Shown: positions 39,549-52,740 of the stretch, in pieces
Position numbering within the stretch: position 1 is the stretch's first letter
How the letters are laid out: the number at the start of each line of letters is the position of its first letter
From: Eledone cirrhosa
Lineage: Eukaryota
Length of the DNA: 64,000 nt
Direction of reading: 5' to 3'
NCBI GenBank assembly: GCA_964016885.1
Contig: CAXHJY010000102.1
Span: 19,182-83,181, forward strand
Notes under the pieces: model-generated
The model's database searches: none
The model's input: only the letters and a program-made list of their open reading frames with translations
What the model was told of the DNA's origin: nothing
Program-made: the position numbers and the translations under genes

Positions 39549-39926
39549 AATTAAAATACTAGAGTGCTTTTGAGTAAAACACACTCGTCGTATTATAGAA
39601 ATGACAGTATAGGGTATAGCTCAATGTAATACAACAAAGCCGAAAAAAAAAAAATATATATATATATATTCAATTTAAAACTAACTACAAATTAACAGCT
39701 TCAATGCACATTTTTTTTACTATGAAAAATATTCTACGTTGGGCATATAAGCCCCTGGACGAAAAAAGTGGACAATTTCATGTGTAAAACTTGATCTCAG
39801 ATCTAAGGTATACTGCAGCTGTGCTATCATTACACCAAAACGAAACTTGCTCAACAGTTCTATATATATATTTTATACGATTGTATTATCAACTAATTTA
39901 ACCCCCCCCCCCCCACACACACACAG

Positions 39927-40252
39927 GAAGGTGCATAGCTTAGTGGTTAGAGCATTGGACTTGCAATTGAGAGGTTGTCAGTTCGCTTCTCAGACTGGGC
40001 TTTATGTTGTGTTCTTGAGCAAGGCACTTTATTTCACGTTGTTCCAGTTCACTCAGCTGTAGAAATGAGTTACGTCACTGGTGCCAAGCTGTATCGGCCA
40101 TTGCCTTTCCTTTGGACAACATCGGTGGCATGGAGAGGGGAGGCTGGTATGCATAGGCAACTGCTGGTCTTCCACAAACAACCTTGCCTGGACTTGTGTC
40201 TCGGACTTTCTAGGTGCAAATCCCATGGTCATTCGTGACCAAAGGGGGTCTT
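39927..40252 (+). mobile_element. tRNA-derived CORE SINE, second subfamily, apparently full length
   Basis: A box tagcttagtgg, degenerate B box gttcgcttc, CORE-like cttgagcaaggcacttta, and a distinct body ending gggggtctttac. Confidence 0.8.
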
Positions 40253-40405
40253 TACTATACACACACACACAGACACACATGTATGGATATGACTGGCTTA
40301 GTGGTTAGGGTATTCAGCTCATGACAATAAGGTTGTGAGTTTGATTCCCAAACCAAGAAGCATATTGTGTTCTTGAGCAAGACAGTTCATGTGTATATAT
40401 GTATA

Positions 40406-40792
40406 TCATCATCATCACCGTTTTACGTCCGTTCTTCCACGCTAGCATGGGTTAGACGGGTTGTCCTGTTGTGGGCAGTGTCTGGTCGGCTGACCTTGTC
40501 TTGCTCATACGGAAACTGATTCTGGCTTGATTTCTACAGCTGGATGCCCTTCCTAACACCAACCTCATTTACAGTGTGAGCTGGGTGCTTTTTTGCCGTG
40601 GCACCTCCACGACCACTTTGCAGTGGAATGATAGGGACCCTAGTCCCTATCATCTCACTTCTACAGCTGAGTAAACTGGAGCAATGTGAAATAAAGTGTC
40701 TTGCTCTAGGAAACAACACATCACCCGGTCCGAGTATTGAACTCACAACCTTTCAATTGCAAGCCCAATGCTCTAACCACTAAGCCATATGC
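40406..40792 (-). mobile_element. Full-length tRNA/CORE SINE with RTE-derived 3' tail and (GAT)n end
   Basis: Head near 40790, CORE segment, gatagggactagggtccctatc hairpin, 47-bp module, then gaagggcatccagctgtagaa...cccatgctagcgtggaagaacggacgtaaaacggtgatgatg. Confidence 0.85.
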
Positions 40793-41474
40793 CTTCATCA
40801 TCATCGTTTAACGTCCATGTTCCACGCTTGCATGGGTGTACATACATATATATATATATATATATTCAAAATAGGGAGTGCACAGGACAAAGACAATGGA
40901 AAAAAGCAACGGAAAGACAATGGAAAAAAAGCAACGAAAGACAATCTCATCTCATCTCAGTCAACCTCTGGAAATCGCTATGGTCTTGGCACATAGTCGA
41001 TATTCATTCCAGTGTACATTGAGACATAACAAAACAGGTAAAGACAAGTTTTGCCTTTCAGCAAATTACAGAAATATAGAGTGTGCAAATTAGCCAATGG
41101 AGAAAAATATAGAAAGGACAGAAATAGTAAAACAGAAGAGAATAAGGACCATTGTCCAACATGCAGACAAAGGCAAGAAGGGAGAATAGGGGAAAACAGG
41201 CCAGGCAGTGTGATGTTAACTATATGATAGTTTCAAAAAATGCCTGCATGGAAAAAAAAAAACAATAGAAAGATGGACAGTCCCATATCCTCAGTCAACC
41301 TCTGGAAATCATAATGGTTTCATTAAGGCTGATACCATTCATTCCAGTGCACACAGAGACATAACATAACAGGTAGAGACAAGTTATGCCCTTCAGGTTG
41401 AAATATATATATAAAATAGAAGTAAAACGGTGATTATATATATATATATATATATATATGCCCCCACACCCTCC

Positions 41475-41740
41475 CACTGCAAAGTGGTCGTGGAGGTACC
41501 ACAGCAAAAAAGCACCCAGCCTACACTGTAAAGTGGACGTGTAGGCGCCACAGAAAAAAAGCACCCACCACTCACTGTAAATGAGGTTGGTGTTAGGAAG
41601 GGCATCCAGCTGTAGAAATCAAGCCAAAATCAGTTCCCGTATGAGCAAGACAAGGTCAGCCGACTGGACACTGCCCACAACAGGACAACCCGTCTAACCC
41701 ATGCTAGCATGGAAGAACGGACGTAAAACGGCGATGATGA
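41475..41740 (+). mobile_element. Headless copy of the same SINE in opposite orientation
   Basis: Near-identical reverse complement of ~40415-40620 with one extra 47-bp module. Confidence 0.85.
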
Positions 41741-42780
41741 TATATATATATATCATCAATGGCGTGGAGGGGGCCCCTGAGACCAGTAAGACAACCTCTT
41801 TAGTGCTGGTGCCACAAATAAAAGCACCCAGTCCATGCTGTAAAGTGGTGCTGGTGTTAGGAAGGGTATCCAACCAATGTATTAATGCCAAAACAATTAT
41901 GAGCACAACAACAAATCACAGTTTCACGTCCATGTTCAGGGGCTTGGATTAAATCGATATTACTGTTATCTACTTTTTTTTCCTAATTTATATAAATCAT
42001 TAATTTAGCTTCATAAATACTTATTTTATTTTCATATCGACATGTAAGATTATATAACTAAAAGGGTTGTTTGTTAGGAAGGGTGCCTGGTGGTGATGGT
42101 ATTTATGAGGTCAACTTTGCCTTTCATCCATTCAAGGTCGATAAAAAAAGTACCAGCTTAGTACTGGGGTTGATTCTTCCTCTATCTCTTTCTCACTTCA
42201 ATTTTCCCACTCTCTATCTTTCTCTGGAAGAAATGTACTGTATTCAAATCTGGAGAGGAGATGGGTTCAGCCATGTTTTAAAATACCCTAGAAACACTAT
42301 ATGTCATATATGTTGCCCCCACGACTCCCTCAGGAGTTACAGGACCACACACACACATATATATCATCATCATTGTTTTATGTCGGCTTTTCCATGCTTG
42401 CTTGGGTTGGACGGGTCCTTCCCATCATGGCATCTCTCCACACATTGGATCCTTTGTCTTTGCCTCTGTGAGGCACAGTGATCTGAGGTCAGCTCCCTAC
42501 TCCCTTTCTACATATTGAATAGGGCCACTTCCCTGAAGGAATCAAGGTCCTATCTTCTCTCCTACTCACTAGCACTTTAGTTTTGGCTAAGTTTACTCTC
42601 AGGCCTTTTGATTCTAAATTCTGTTTCCATAGTCGGAACTTATTTTCTTTAATGGCTATAAGCACCAAAATATTATGGTCGACTTAAGAGACATCAACAT
42701 GAATGGACCTGCTATTTTTATCTAAAGACATTTTTTCCAATTCCAACCCGCCCATCCCCTTTATCTTATTTCTCATTCTT

Positions 42781-42816
42781 TCTTTTGATGAAGGACTAGC
42801 GTCCGAAACGTTAAGA
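42781..42816 (+). ncRNA. Minimal Penelope-type hammerhead motif (first core base C>T)
   Basis: tctt-TTGATGA-aggac-tagc-gtcc-GAAACGTT-aaga with palindromic AACGTT stem III; lies upstream of a (TA)n tract. Confidence 0.65.
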
Positions 42817-42897
42817 CCCTCTTCCTGCTCTATCAAACATTAACCTAATATATCCCTTCCATATACTGTACCGATTGTGTTATTTCTGTTTACCCTT

Positions 42898-42950
<53 letters not shown>

Positions 42951-43048
42951 AAATGTGTGAAATCCTTGGTACAGCTAGGTATATTTAAAAAAAGGAAAAG
43001 AATGACTTCACTTGTAGTTCTAAACAATTTGATTTAATTTTATATTAT

Positions 43049-43214
43049 GAGGCACATGGTTTAGTGGTTAGAGCATTGGCCTTACAATCGAAAGGTTGTG
43101 AGTTCAATTCTCAGACCGGGTGATGTGTTGTTTCCTTGAGCAAGACGCTTTATTTCTCATTGCTCCAGTTTACTGAGCTGTAGAAATGAGATGATAGGAC
43201 TGGGGTCCCTATCA
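43049..43214 (+). mobile_element. 5' half of tRNA/CORE SINE
   Basis: tggtttagtggttagagc (A box), gagttcaattc (B box), ccttgagcaagacgcttta; ends in (TA)n. Confidence 0.85.
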
Positions 43215-43233
43215 TTCCACTGCAAAGTGGTCG

Positions 43234-43273
<40 letters not shown>

Positions 43274-44819
43274 TCAAAGGAAAAATAATTCCTAAATAAT
43301 GATGATTATGTAACTGAAGACTGAAATGTAAATTACAATATTTATGACAAAGCTGCTAAGCATGTGCAGACATTGAAAATAAAAGCATATAGAAAATGTG
43401 GGCGGTCATTGAAATAGCAAAAAAAGTGTTTCCAGCAATAATAGAAAGAAAAGTAAAAAGAATAAAAATGGTATGAATAAGAGTAAATAATAAAAAAGAT
43501 ATAAGTAATCCATATACACTCATGCACTGCAATCACATGTACATTTATGAATGTGTGTGTGTATATATATATATAAAACCATGTACACAGACATATAAGC
43601 AAAGAAACACAAAATTTATACACATTAACCCACAGCTCTAAGCATAATAGATTTGTCATGTCACTGAATCTGCAAGTCAGTTCCTTCAGTATTGGCCAAT
43701 GCACACACACACACCACCACATGAGTTAGCCGAGTTGTTGCTTGTTGAAGCCTGTCTGGTCAGGTGACCACATCTTGCTTGTGGCTTGATTTCTACAGAA
43801 CATTTTATTGTGACACCACCACTATCACCTTACAGAGTAGACAGTGTTTTTGGTTATGAATTTAACATTATTACATTATAGGTCTGAGTTCAAATCCCGC
43901 CGAGGTTAACTTTGCCTTTCATCCTTACGGGGTCGATAAAATAAAGTACCAGTAATACACTGGATAATTGCTGGCTTTGTGCCAAAAGTAGAAACTATTA
44001 CATTATAGGTTGGACTGGGCGCATTTCTTCATGGCATCAGCACATCAACTTGAGTGTAGGCTGGGTGCATTTTAGAGTGGCATCAGCACTACTTCATTAT
44101 AACACTAAGTGGTCAGTGTCCTTGGTCTGATTGGGAATGAGAGTTGGGGGATACAGACATCCTACTGTTGGAGAAGTACCAGGTCATGGAGGTGGCCTTA
44201 AAGCAAGTGGATATATGTATACATTATCTGATGGAATAATGTAAACATAAAACACATTGCACCTTCCTACTGTGAAGAGGTAGCAACACATGCCAAAATC
44301 ACTTCATCTAGATGAGACTGTGAAGGCCTAGAAATAGTATTGTTAAAAAAAACTGCAAGGAACTTATATGTAAATATGAAAAATAAAACAGCCAAAAAGT
44401 TTAAAACCATAACAGTCATGTTTTCAATACAATATGTTTAAAAAATACAAACTTATCATACATACATACACAAATATATAACCAATTGAAGAAACACAAA
44501 TTCATCCATCTCAATTTTGGACAATCAGGACAAAAAACATCTAAAAGACGGACAATTTTCTGAGATTTTTTATTCACTAACTTTACTTCCATCTTACGCT
44601 AGATTTGTCAAGTTCCAAATGGTGTCACAATAAAATGCATCTAGTACACTCTGTAAAGTGGTTGGCATTAGGTAGGTTATACAGCTGTAGAAACCATGCA
44701 AAGAACCGACTGTATGAAAAAGTCGTGGTTGCCAGACCCATCCATCTTGTCTCAGACCAGAACAACCTATCCAAGCCATGCCAGCATGGAAAACAGACAT
44801 AATATGCTGATGATGGTTA

Positions 44820-46860
44820 TGTGGCTTATGAATTTTTTTTATTTACGATTTGCATGCTAACTGGTTATTCATCACAATCAAGACTGTCTGATGAGCAAAA
44901 GGACCATTTCTATGAAATCCTCTTGCAGACCACCTAGATAACAAATGAAAACTACACCATTATCTTGACCGATGACTTTAAAAGACATGTTGTGCAGTCA
45001 TTCTGTAGTACATAGTGGTTATGGATATAGTATAAAATATGAAGAGGCATCATGACCCCTAGGGTTCTAGGACACAAATAATCTAACTATCTAGTCTTTA
45101 ATGACTTCAGAGCAAGAGATAGATAGATGCCATGACATAAGATATGGAAATAGAAAGAAATATCTACTAAACATGGGTTCAGGAAGTTCTAGAGGATGCA
45201 TAAGAGAATGAGGAGGAAGAGACTGAGAACTGTAACATGAAGACAATTAGGAGTTTTTATCTGACACATTACTACAAGTCACAGATAAGATCTATGGTTT
45301 GAACAAGGTAACAGCCAAATAGGTGACTTGGTGATAGAATAATACTGTATATAGAACCTTAAAAGCTAAAAGACAGGCTTGAGAAGATTGTAAGAAAAGC
45401 AGCAGTAGAGTAAAACACCTTGAAGCTAGAAAAGAAGTTGGCCAATGATCTGCATCAAGTGGATCAGAACCATGAGGCTTTCTTAATTGTAAAGCAGTGT
45501 GTCCAGAAGAACAGTAGCTAACTTAATCTCTAGACAAACAAGGCTTGAAAAAGATATGAAAGGTTGTTGAATGTGAAGAATCATCATTTTACTCACACAT
45601 TTCCATGCTTGCAGGGACTACTATAAGTAAACCCAAAGAGACCAACTATTGAAGTTAATGATTAAATGGTTCAAATGACAATTAACCCTTTAGCATTTAG
45701 ACTGGCCATATCCGGCCAGAATTCTCTCACTTTTTTCTGTTCAAACCGGCTGTAACCGGATGTTAGGGTATTGTTCTCAAAATAAATATCAAAATCTCAT
45801 AGATTCGATATTATGTGAGGTAAAGCCTTTACTATGAAAATACAATTGTAAATATAAGGGTTAAGGATATGAAGGCAGGAAAAGTGGCTGGACTATCAGG
45901 GATAGTCACTAAAATACTGAAAATATCCAGTGAAATACGACTCAAGCTAGTCAATAACTACAAAGGCAGAAATTGATGGATCAAGTTATTACAGTAAGAG
46001 AAAAGATCTTAAATTGAGAGAATTAAATGAGATGCAGCTCAGATTTGTTCCAAGTCAGGATACAATTGATGCTTTCTTCAGTGAGACAGCTGCAAGTACT
46101 TAGCTAAAAGTCACTATAACTAACATTCATTGATTTGGAGATAGCATTTACAGGGTACCATGCTCTATAGTCTAATAATCTTTGAGAAACTTAAATATAA
46201 ATAAATGGCTTGTGAGACTGATGCAACCCATGTACAGAGATGCCATCAACAAAGTGAAAGTTGGCAATGAGTTCAGGAAAGAGTTTAGTGTGCAAGTAGG
46301 TTTGCATCAAGACTCAATTCTTAGCCTCTTGTTTATTATAGTTCTCCAAATTATTACAGAAGAGATTAAGACCAGCTGTCTATGGGAATTCCTGTATGCT
46401 GTTGACTAAATTCTTATAGCTGAATCTGTAGAAGATCTACAGAAGAAATTCTAGACATTGAAACAAAATCTAGAATTGAAAGGATTCAGTAAACATTGTA
46501 AAATTTTAGAAAGCAAGAGAAGACCATGTTGCCATTGGAGAAATGGCCATACTTGATATGCAGAAAAGTACTTTGTACTCAATGAAAACCATGGGATTAC
46601 AGGCAGGCTAACAGAAAAGGTAGACTTTGTATGTGGTAAATGCATAAGAATAGTCAGAGCATCTGTAAAGTAAAATCCTTCCAAAGTTTGGAAGGCTCCA
46701 TAGAAATAGTTGAAGAGGGTGTTCTGAAAGCATAGTAGCTAGACTAAGAATAGGTCAGAAAATTATCCATTGCTCTTTCAGGGCAGATTGCATAAAGTTT
46801 TTATGGTGGCAAAACATGAGCATTGAATACATGCTATAAGAGTTGACTAAAAGATGCCAG
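44820..46860 (+). mobile_element. Old degenerate RTE LINE (APE to RT) interrupted by a family-A MITE at 45682-45864
   Basis: WLVRLMQPMYRDAINKVKVGNEFRKEFSVQVGLHQDSILS...WEFLYAVD. The MITE splits acaaTTAAggatatgaag (IKDMK) with a duplicated TTAA. Confidence 0.85.
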
Positions 46861-48254
46861 GAAGGGTATTCAGTCATAAAACATTGCCTCAAAAAGGACC
46901 CATGATAAGTGTAAAGATTGTCATGGGGACCACAAGGCTAACTTTTGCTTTAGCAGGGAAAATGCCTTTAAAATGCTTAATGCTATTTCTATGTTTTCAT
47001 TGGCATCAACACAATAACAAGCCATTTTCTTCACTAAATCAGAGGTTAACCTTGCAACCCCCATAACATGGAATCCTTTTTGGAGCAACAATCACTTCTT
47101 GTGACACCTAGGGTTGCAAGCCTACCTATTCTAAACCTGGATACATAACAATTCTTTCTTATATAGGCACAAGGCCAGCAATTTTGACGGAGGGGAAAGT
47201 CGATTAAATCGACCCCAGTGCGTGACTGGTACTTTATTTTATTGACCCCGTAATGATGAAAGGCAAAGTTAACCTCGACGGGATTTGAACTCAGATCATA
47301 AAGGACCATAACTATGCTGCAAAGCATGGTGTCCGGCTCTCTACTGCCAATCCTACATAACTGATAAAAGAAATAACAATAAATGATAGAATAGACTTTA
47401 AATTAGATACCCAAATCATAAGTAGTGGGAGAAGAAGAAAAGAAAGAAGTAGTGAGAGCAACAGTCTGGAAAGTCAATTTAACAATCTATAAATAGATTC
47501 AGTAGAAGTCCAGCTTTTTGTTGTTTTTTCTAGTACTACCTGCTTCACAGTCATATTAATAGATTTTAGTTTTTCATGTATCAGGGTATGCCATCTAATA
47601 CAATTCCAATTGAATTATGATCCTCTGAATTTTTACAAGACTTGCTCACAAATGTTGAAAATGTCTTTAATTCCCTCATTAGGACATATGCAATAGGATA
47701 TCCTTACACACCAGCCCAACCTGCTAGAAATGCAACCATTTTTTTCAAATTACACTTTCTCTTAATTTACCATTTTTATTTACAATTGTTACCATATAAA
47801 AAGAAAAAGAAATTCATACCAAACTGTAAAGGGTTATTTATTAGTTCATTTGGGATTACATTCATGGTCAATAAAATGTTCTCTCTTAGGCAAAGGATCA
47901 GTTACTAAACATCTAATTCTACTTCTCCCCATATAATATGAACTTATCCAAACTGACAAACTCTACAGTATAATCTTTGCTGATTCAGACTACCACCTGT
48001 TCCTTTGAAGAATCTTTTATATTACATCTGTAAAGTTTCTTTCAGACTTGTGTAAGATTTCTTGATTCATCACCTTGACAAGAATCTCATAGATGTAGAC
48101 AGTATTATATTGGTGTGATCTTTAGCCCTTTTGATATCAAACTGCCTCAGCTTCTATGATACAAATCTGTTTATTTTAAAGGGTTTATAATTATCTAAAA
48201 ACCTTCCATAATTTTATGTAAGAATCTTTAAGTTTTGTTTCAAATAGCAACTTA

Positions 48255-48441
48255 ATAATTGTTTCTACTTTAGGCACAAGGCCAGTAATCACCCAGTACA
48301 TTACTGGTACTTTATTTTATCGACCCCGTAAGGATGAAAGGCAAAGTTAACCTCGGCGGGATTTGAACTCAGAATGGAAAGGGCCGTAACTATGCGTCGA
48401 AGCATGGCGTCCGACCCTCTACCGATACTGCCAATCCACCG
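48255..48441 (-). mobile_element. Full-length tRNA-headed Deu/Nin-domain SINE
   Basis: A box TGGCAGTATCGG, B box GAGTTCAAATCC, Deu/Nin core gcctttcatcc...ggtcgataaaataaagtaccag; inserted in a family-B MITE. Confidence 0.85.
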
Positions 48442-49634
48442 AATGATTTCTAATTTAGGTCAGAAATTGGGGGAAAGGGGAAAGTCAATTAAATCAACTC
48501 CAATACTAAACTGATGTTTTAAGTTAGAAATATGGTAACAATAGAATGTATTACAGTATGCTACTGTCACTTTTTCAAACTTAGCTGGTATCAATTTAGC
48601 AGCCACAGAAGAATTATTTCTTTTTTATACTGTGCTTGTCATGAAGGATATTTTTGGTGCAATTAAAAACTGTGTTTTTGTATTGTTGTCTAACCTTTTT
48701 CATACCAAACCACCCTTAGTTCTACAATACAAAACTGTTTATTTTGGAGTGCTTATATGTGTTAAAAACTCTTCTTTCATAATTTTATGTAAAAACTTTT
48801 GTTATGTCCCAAACACCAAATAAATAATCAGAAAGATAGTTACATTACTAAATACTTCCAAATTCTTGATAGATTAAAAAAATATTGTAAAATCATGGGC
48901 AAATTTCTTTCATTAAAAATATAGTAATGAAAGGATAGAAAGATGTGATAGTATCAGATAGCTTATAATTTTTGTTGCAGATATTGTTAATCGTTTTTGA
49001 AATTGTTCAAGTAATGAATGATATCAATTACAGTAATATACATGTAACACGAATTTTAAACAAATAATAAAAACCCATGACATTATCATTTAACGTCCGT
49101 TTTCTATGGTGACATGGGTTGGACAAGTTTTCACAGTCAGACACTACATTTTTGGTGTGGTTTCTAATTTTACAGAGTGTACTGGCTTCATTCTATCGAG
49201 GAACCAGTATTACATATTGATCACAAATAACAATTATTATTTTTTTTTTTTTTTTTTACAAATACTCAACTAAAATCACGATCCCATTTTAAGATAAAAA
49301 TGAACAAGACACCAAGATAAGATTTGAACAACTTTATATAGGGTTATAAATTTGTAAACAAACTATTCTTTTTTAGGCAGAGCTATTCTGCTAGGGAATG
49401 GGTGGCAAGTGGAAGGTAGTAATACCGCCACCAGATATGATGGTTAGTTGTGATATAAACGGGCACCTACGGGACAAATAAGCAGCCCCCGGACCAATAG
49501 CAGTAAACTACTAGGGAAGATGGAACAGTGGGTGACATCTTTTATCTCCCAAGAAAACTCTCAATAGTGATGTAGCTATGACAAAGCTACCTATAAAAAA
49601 ACCTAGTCTTCAGGGGTCTGACAAAAGTACCAGA

Positions 49635-49925
49635 TTGGTGTCACGACAAAAAGCACCCAGTCCACACTGTAAAGTGGTCGTGTAGGTATCACGACAAAAA
49701 GCACTCAGTTCATACTGCAAAGTGGTCATGTAGGTATGAGGCCAAAAAGCACACACTACACTGTAAATGTGATTAGCGTTAGGAAGAGCATCCAGCCGTA
49801 GAAACCAAGCCCAAATCTGTGCGAGAAAAACACGGTCCTCCGACCTGGCTTGTCTCAACGAGATAGCTCGTCTAACTCATGCTAGCGCGGAAAATGGGTG
49901 TTGATCGATGATGGTGATGATGATC
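49635..49925 (+). mobile_element. SINE/RTE-tail repeat with three 47-bp modules
   Basis: Repeated cacgacaaaaagcacccagtccacactgtaaagtggtcgtgtagg units, shared tail and (GAT)n end. Confidence 0.75.
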
Positions 49926-51744
49926 AGTTTAAAATACAGCGAGACAAATATTGTATATAAAATCATGTATGTCTTTATGCTAATATTCATCTAAACTAGA
50001 ATATTGCAAACAATTTTAATAAAACAGAGACATTGAAAAATGCAGTTTATAATGAGGTGGTCAAGACTAGAATACCTATATTCAGAGGTCTACCCGAACA
50101 AGACTTACTTGAGGTTAAACAACAACAGCGAGGAATGTTAATCGCATTTAATTCAATTAAATACAAACTATGTTAAGTTGGACGTGTCAGTAAACTAAAC
50201 GTGAGTGGTTTATACAGTTATGGGAGTCAGATGTCTCCATTTAAACTTTTAAGAAAAGTCCTTTTTTTTTTATTGTATTTATTTATACATTAAAGAAAAT
50301 TTACGGAAACCGCTGACAGCATTTCCTCGTACAAGCAGTGTGTCGTCTCGCTGTTCCCTATATCTTCTCCTCTCGCTTTGATCATGTATTTTTCTTCGTT
50401 TTATTTATGAGGTTCCTAGCAATAATTAATTATATTTATTATGTTTATATTTTTCATTCTGTAAGAATTATAAACAATTTGTTATGATTTTTACCATATT
50501 GAGATTGAAAGCTAACAATAAAAGTTGTATGACAGTTGAAGCTAAAAATATATGTAGATTACAACGAAAAAAACATTCCCTAAAGATAACATTAAGCAAT
50601 GCTCATTGGTAATTTAAATATTATATATGTAATTAAAGTAACACTCAATAAGTAACAGCCATATTTCCTCTTCAAAATATTGAATCCGAAACTAAAATAA
50701 AATGACAATCAAAATGATGCTTGAAATACATAATCTAAATTTTTTTTTTTATGAAATTCTTGGTGATTAATGCATAACACTGGTTTTTGAATTGTGGTCT
50801 ATGAAGTTTTTTATATTTAAATGATCATACGACGTTTATTGTAAAACTGCTACTTCACAATAGGTAATAATTTCAAAGGAAAAGCCCACTTATTTATTTA
50901 TCTATTAAGATCACGTATATTAAAGAAAAAAGTTTCTCGTAACATTAAAGTATTAAAATAGTATTTTAAATATGTTAATATCAAATCTAAAAGTAATTAT
51001 TTATTAGTCAGTTTCAGCATTTCTTTTTGTTTGTTTTTAATGAGGAGTCGTTTTCTCTAAATATGTATTGTTTTGTTTTTTTTGATATTTGTAAACATTA
51101 CAACTAAAAAACACGTCAAATTATTCAATAAATAGAAATAATTTTAATGTTCATTTATATGACACTTAGAAAAACAAATGAATTTTCGCGGGATGGACCA
51201 TTTCAAGAATATTTAAAAATCATTAAATTCCAAAACATTTAATTAACCACTAATTGTTGACCTGATCGTATTTTTAACATCGTCAAATACCAAGTTTTTT
51301 TTGGGGGGGAGGGGTTGCCATTCGCTTAAATTTTAGTAATATTTATTTATACATGAGGTTTGACAAGGAAACATTTTAAAGAAAATTCAAGTTTTAGGCA
51401 ATCTCGTGATAGATGAAAAGATATATAAAGTTTAAATTTAGTAAAATATACATAAAAGTTGTCTTAACGTGTCATTGTGATTACTGCTGAGTAACGATAA
51501 AAATACATTTCTATTTTCAGTAACTATACATAGGAAAGGCACATTATCGGCTTAAAGTTTATACATATATATTTCCTTTTACTGATTATTTATAGTAAGA
51601 ACTCACAAATGCCGTTTCCCATTTGCACCCCTATCACAGATTAACAACAGTGTTTAAATGTCGTAACATAGGAGAGCAAAGAAGTATGCCGAAAGGCAAC
51701 ATTAAATAGAGATAGATAGAAAACGCTAGAGAAAGTTTACTTAC

Positions 51745-52030
51745 ATTGAAATTCTGTCAGTTTTGTCAAAGCTTAAATTGGTGACCAAATAATTATATCC
51801 AGACAACTGTAAGTTAGTAAAATCTCAACGATTTTTCACTTTGGGATGGAAATAAGTAATGGGGTTCATTGTTGGATAAACAAATGAATGGAGCTGACCC
51901 GCGTAAAGGTTGATCTAATTCGTCACCTGTTAGTGAACATGGAGTTTTAAACTTATGTTAATATTGTGACGTCGGTGGGGGCACTGGATGTTGCTCGCTC
52001 TATATGTAGTCTTGTTGCTATAACCACGCT
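51745..52030 (-). promoter_or_regulatory. Candidate promoter / non-coding first exon of the MICAL-like gene
   Basis: Consensus donor CAAT|GTAAGT at 51744 on the minus strand. Lies in a ~2.7-kb repeat-poor, visibly CpG-retaining block (~49.95-52.7 kb) with a TGACGTC CRE-like motif near 51967. Coding exon 1 has an acceptor upstream of its ATG. Inference only. Confidence 0.3.
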
Positions 52031-52702
52031 ACCACGATTATAACATCACTATTACTCTTCCTCCCATTTGTATATACTATTATAGTAATAAATAAATATT
52101 ACACATCGAAATACTCTTACTAATATTAAAAAAATATACCTTTGTTATTTTAAATTGTTCTTTATAAAGCAGATGTTTTCCAACCAAAGTAATTGATGGT
52201 TTGATTTTAGCTTGTAATTAATCTAAGTAGATGACAATTAAAATTTTTTTTTTTTTAAATAAATATTTTTTAAATTTTAATCGACACAAATTCAGTTTCA
52301 CTCACTTTACAAATAACTTTTCAATTGAAATTAAAGAAATATGACACAGCAAAGAGACAGATCATAGATAAATAAAAATTAATGATAAAGTACGCAACAG
52401 ATTTTTTTTTTTTTTCTTGATTATACAAAAGAAAGATATTAGCAGTATTTTTACTTTTATGTTGTGTTTTTTTGTTTTTTTTGTATATTTTTCCAGATAG
52501 AAAATAATATCACGCTTGAATCATGTAATCACCAAATGTTATTTCAGAAAAAAAAAATATTGGAAAATTAACTATTCACAATTTTATCAGTTAAACCTAA
52601 ATGAACAAATAAAACACAGTCGGAAAGAACAGATGGTGTCGGCAAACATTATACTGTGAAGTTCATGAGTTTGGATAAGTTGGTATACCGTGGAGAGAAG
52701 AG

Positions 52703-52740
52703 AAATCTAACGTTTCGAGCCTGATTCTTCATATGAGATA
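52703..52740 (-). ncRNA. Strongly degenerate minimal hammerhead remnant
   Basis: Minus strand tct-catatga-ag...ctc-GAAACGTT-aga; the CUGAnGA core is mutated. Confidence 0.35.

Noticed and set aside
43049-43125. tRNA genes at SINE heads (also ~27990, 39927, 40790, 48441, 56636)
   Set aside because: A/B boxes are present but run into CORE or Deu/Nin SINE bodies without a proper cloverleaf and terminator.
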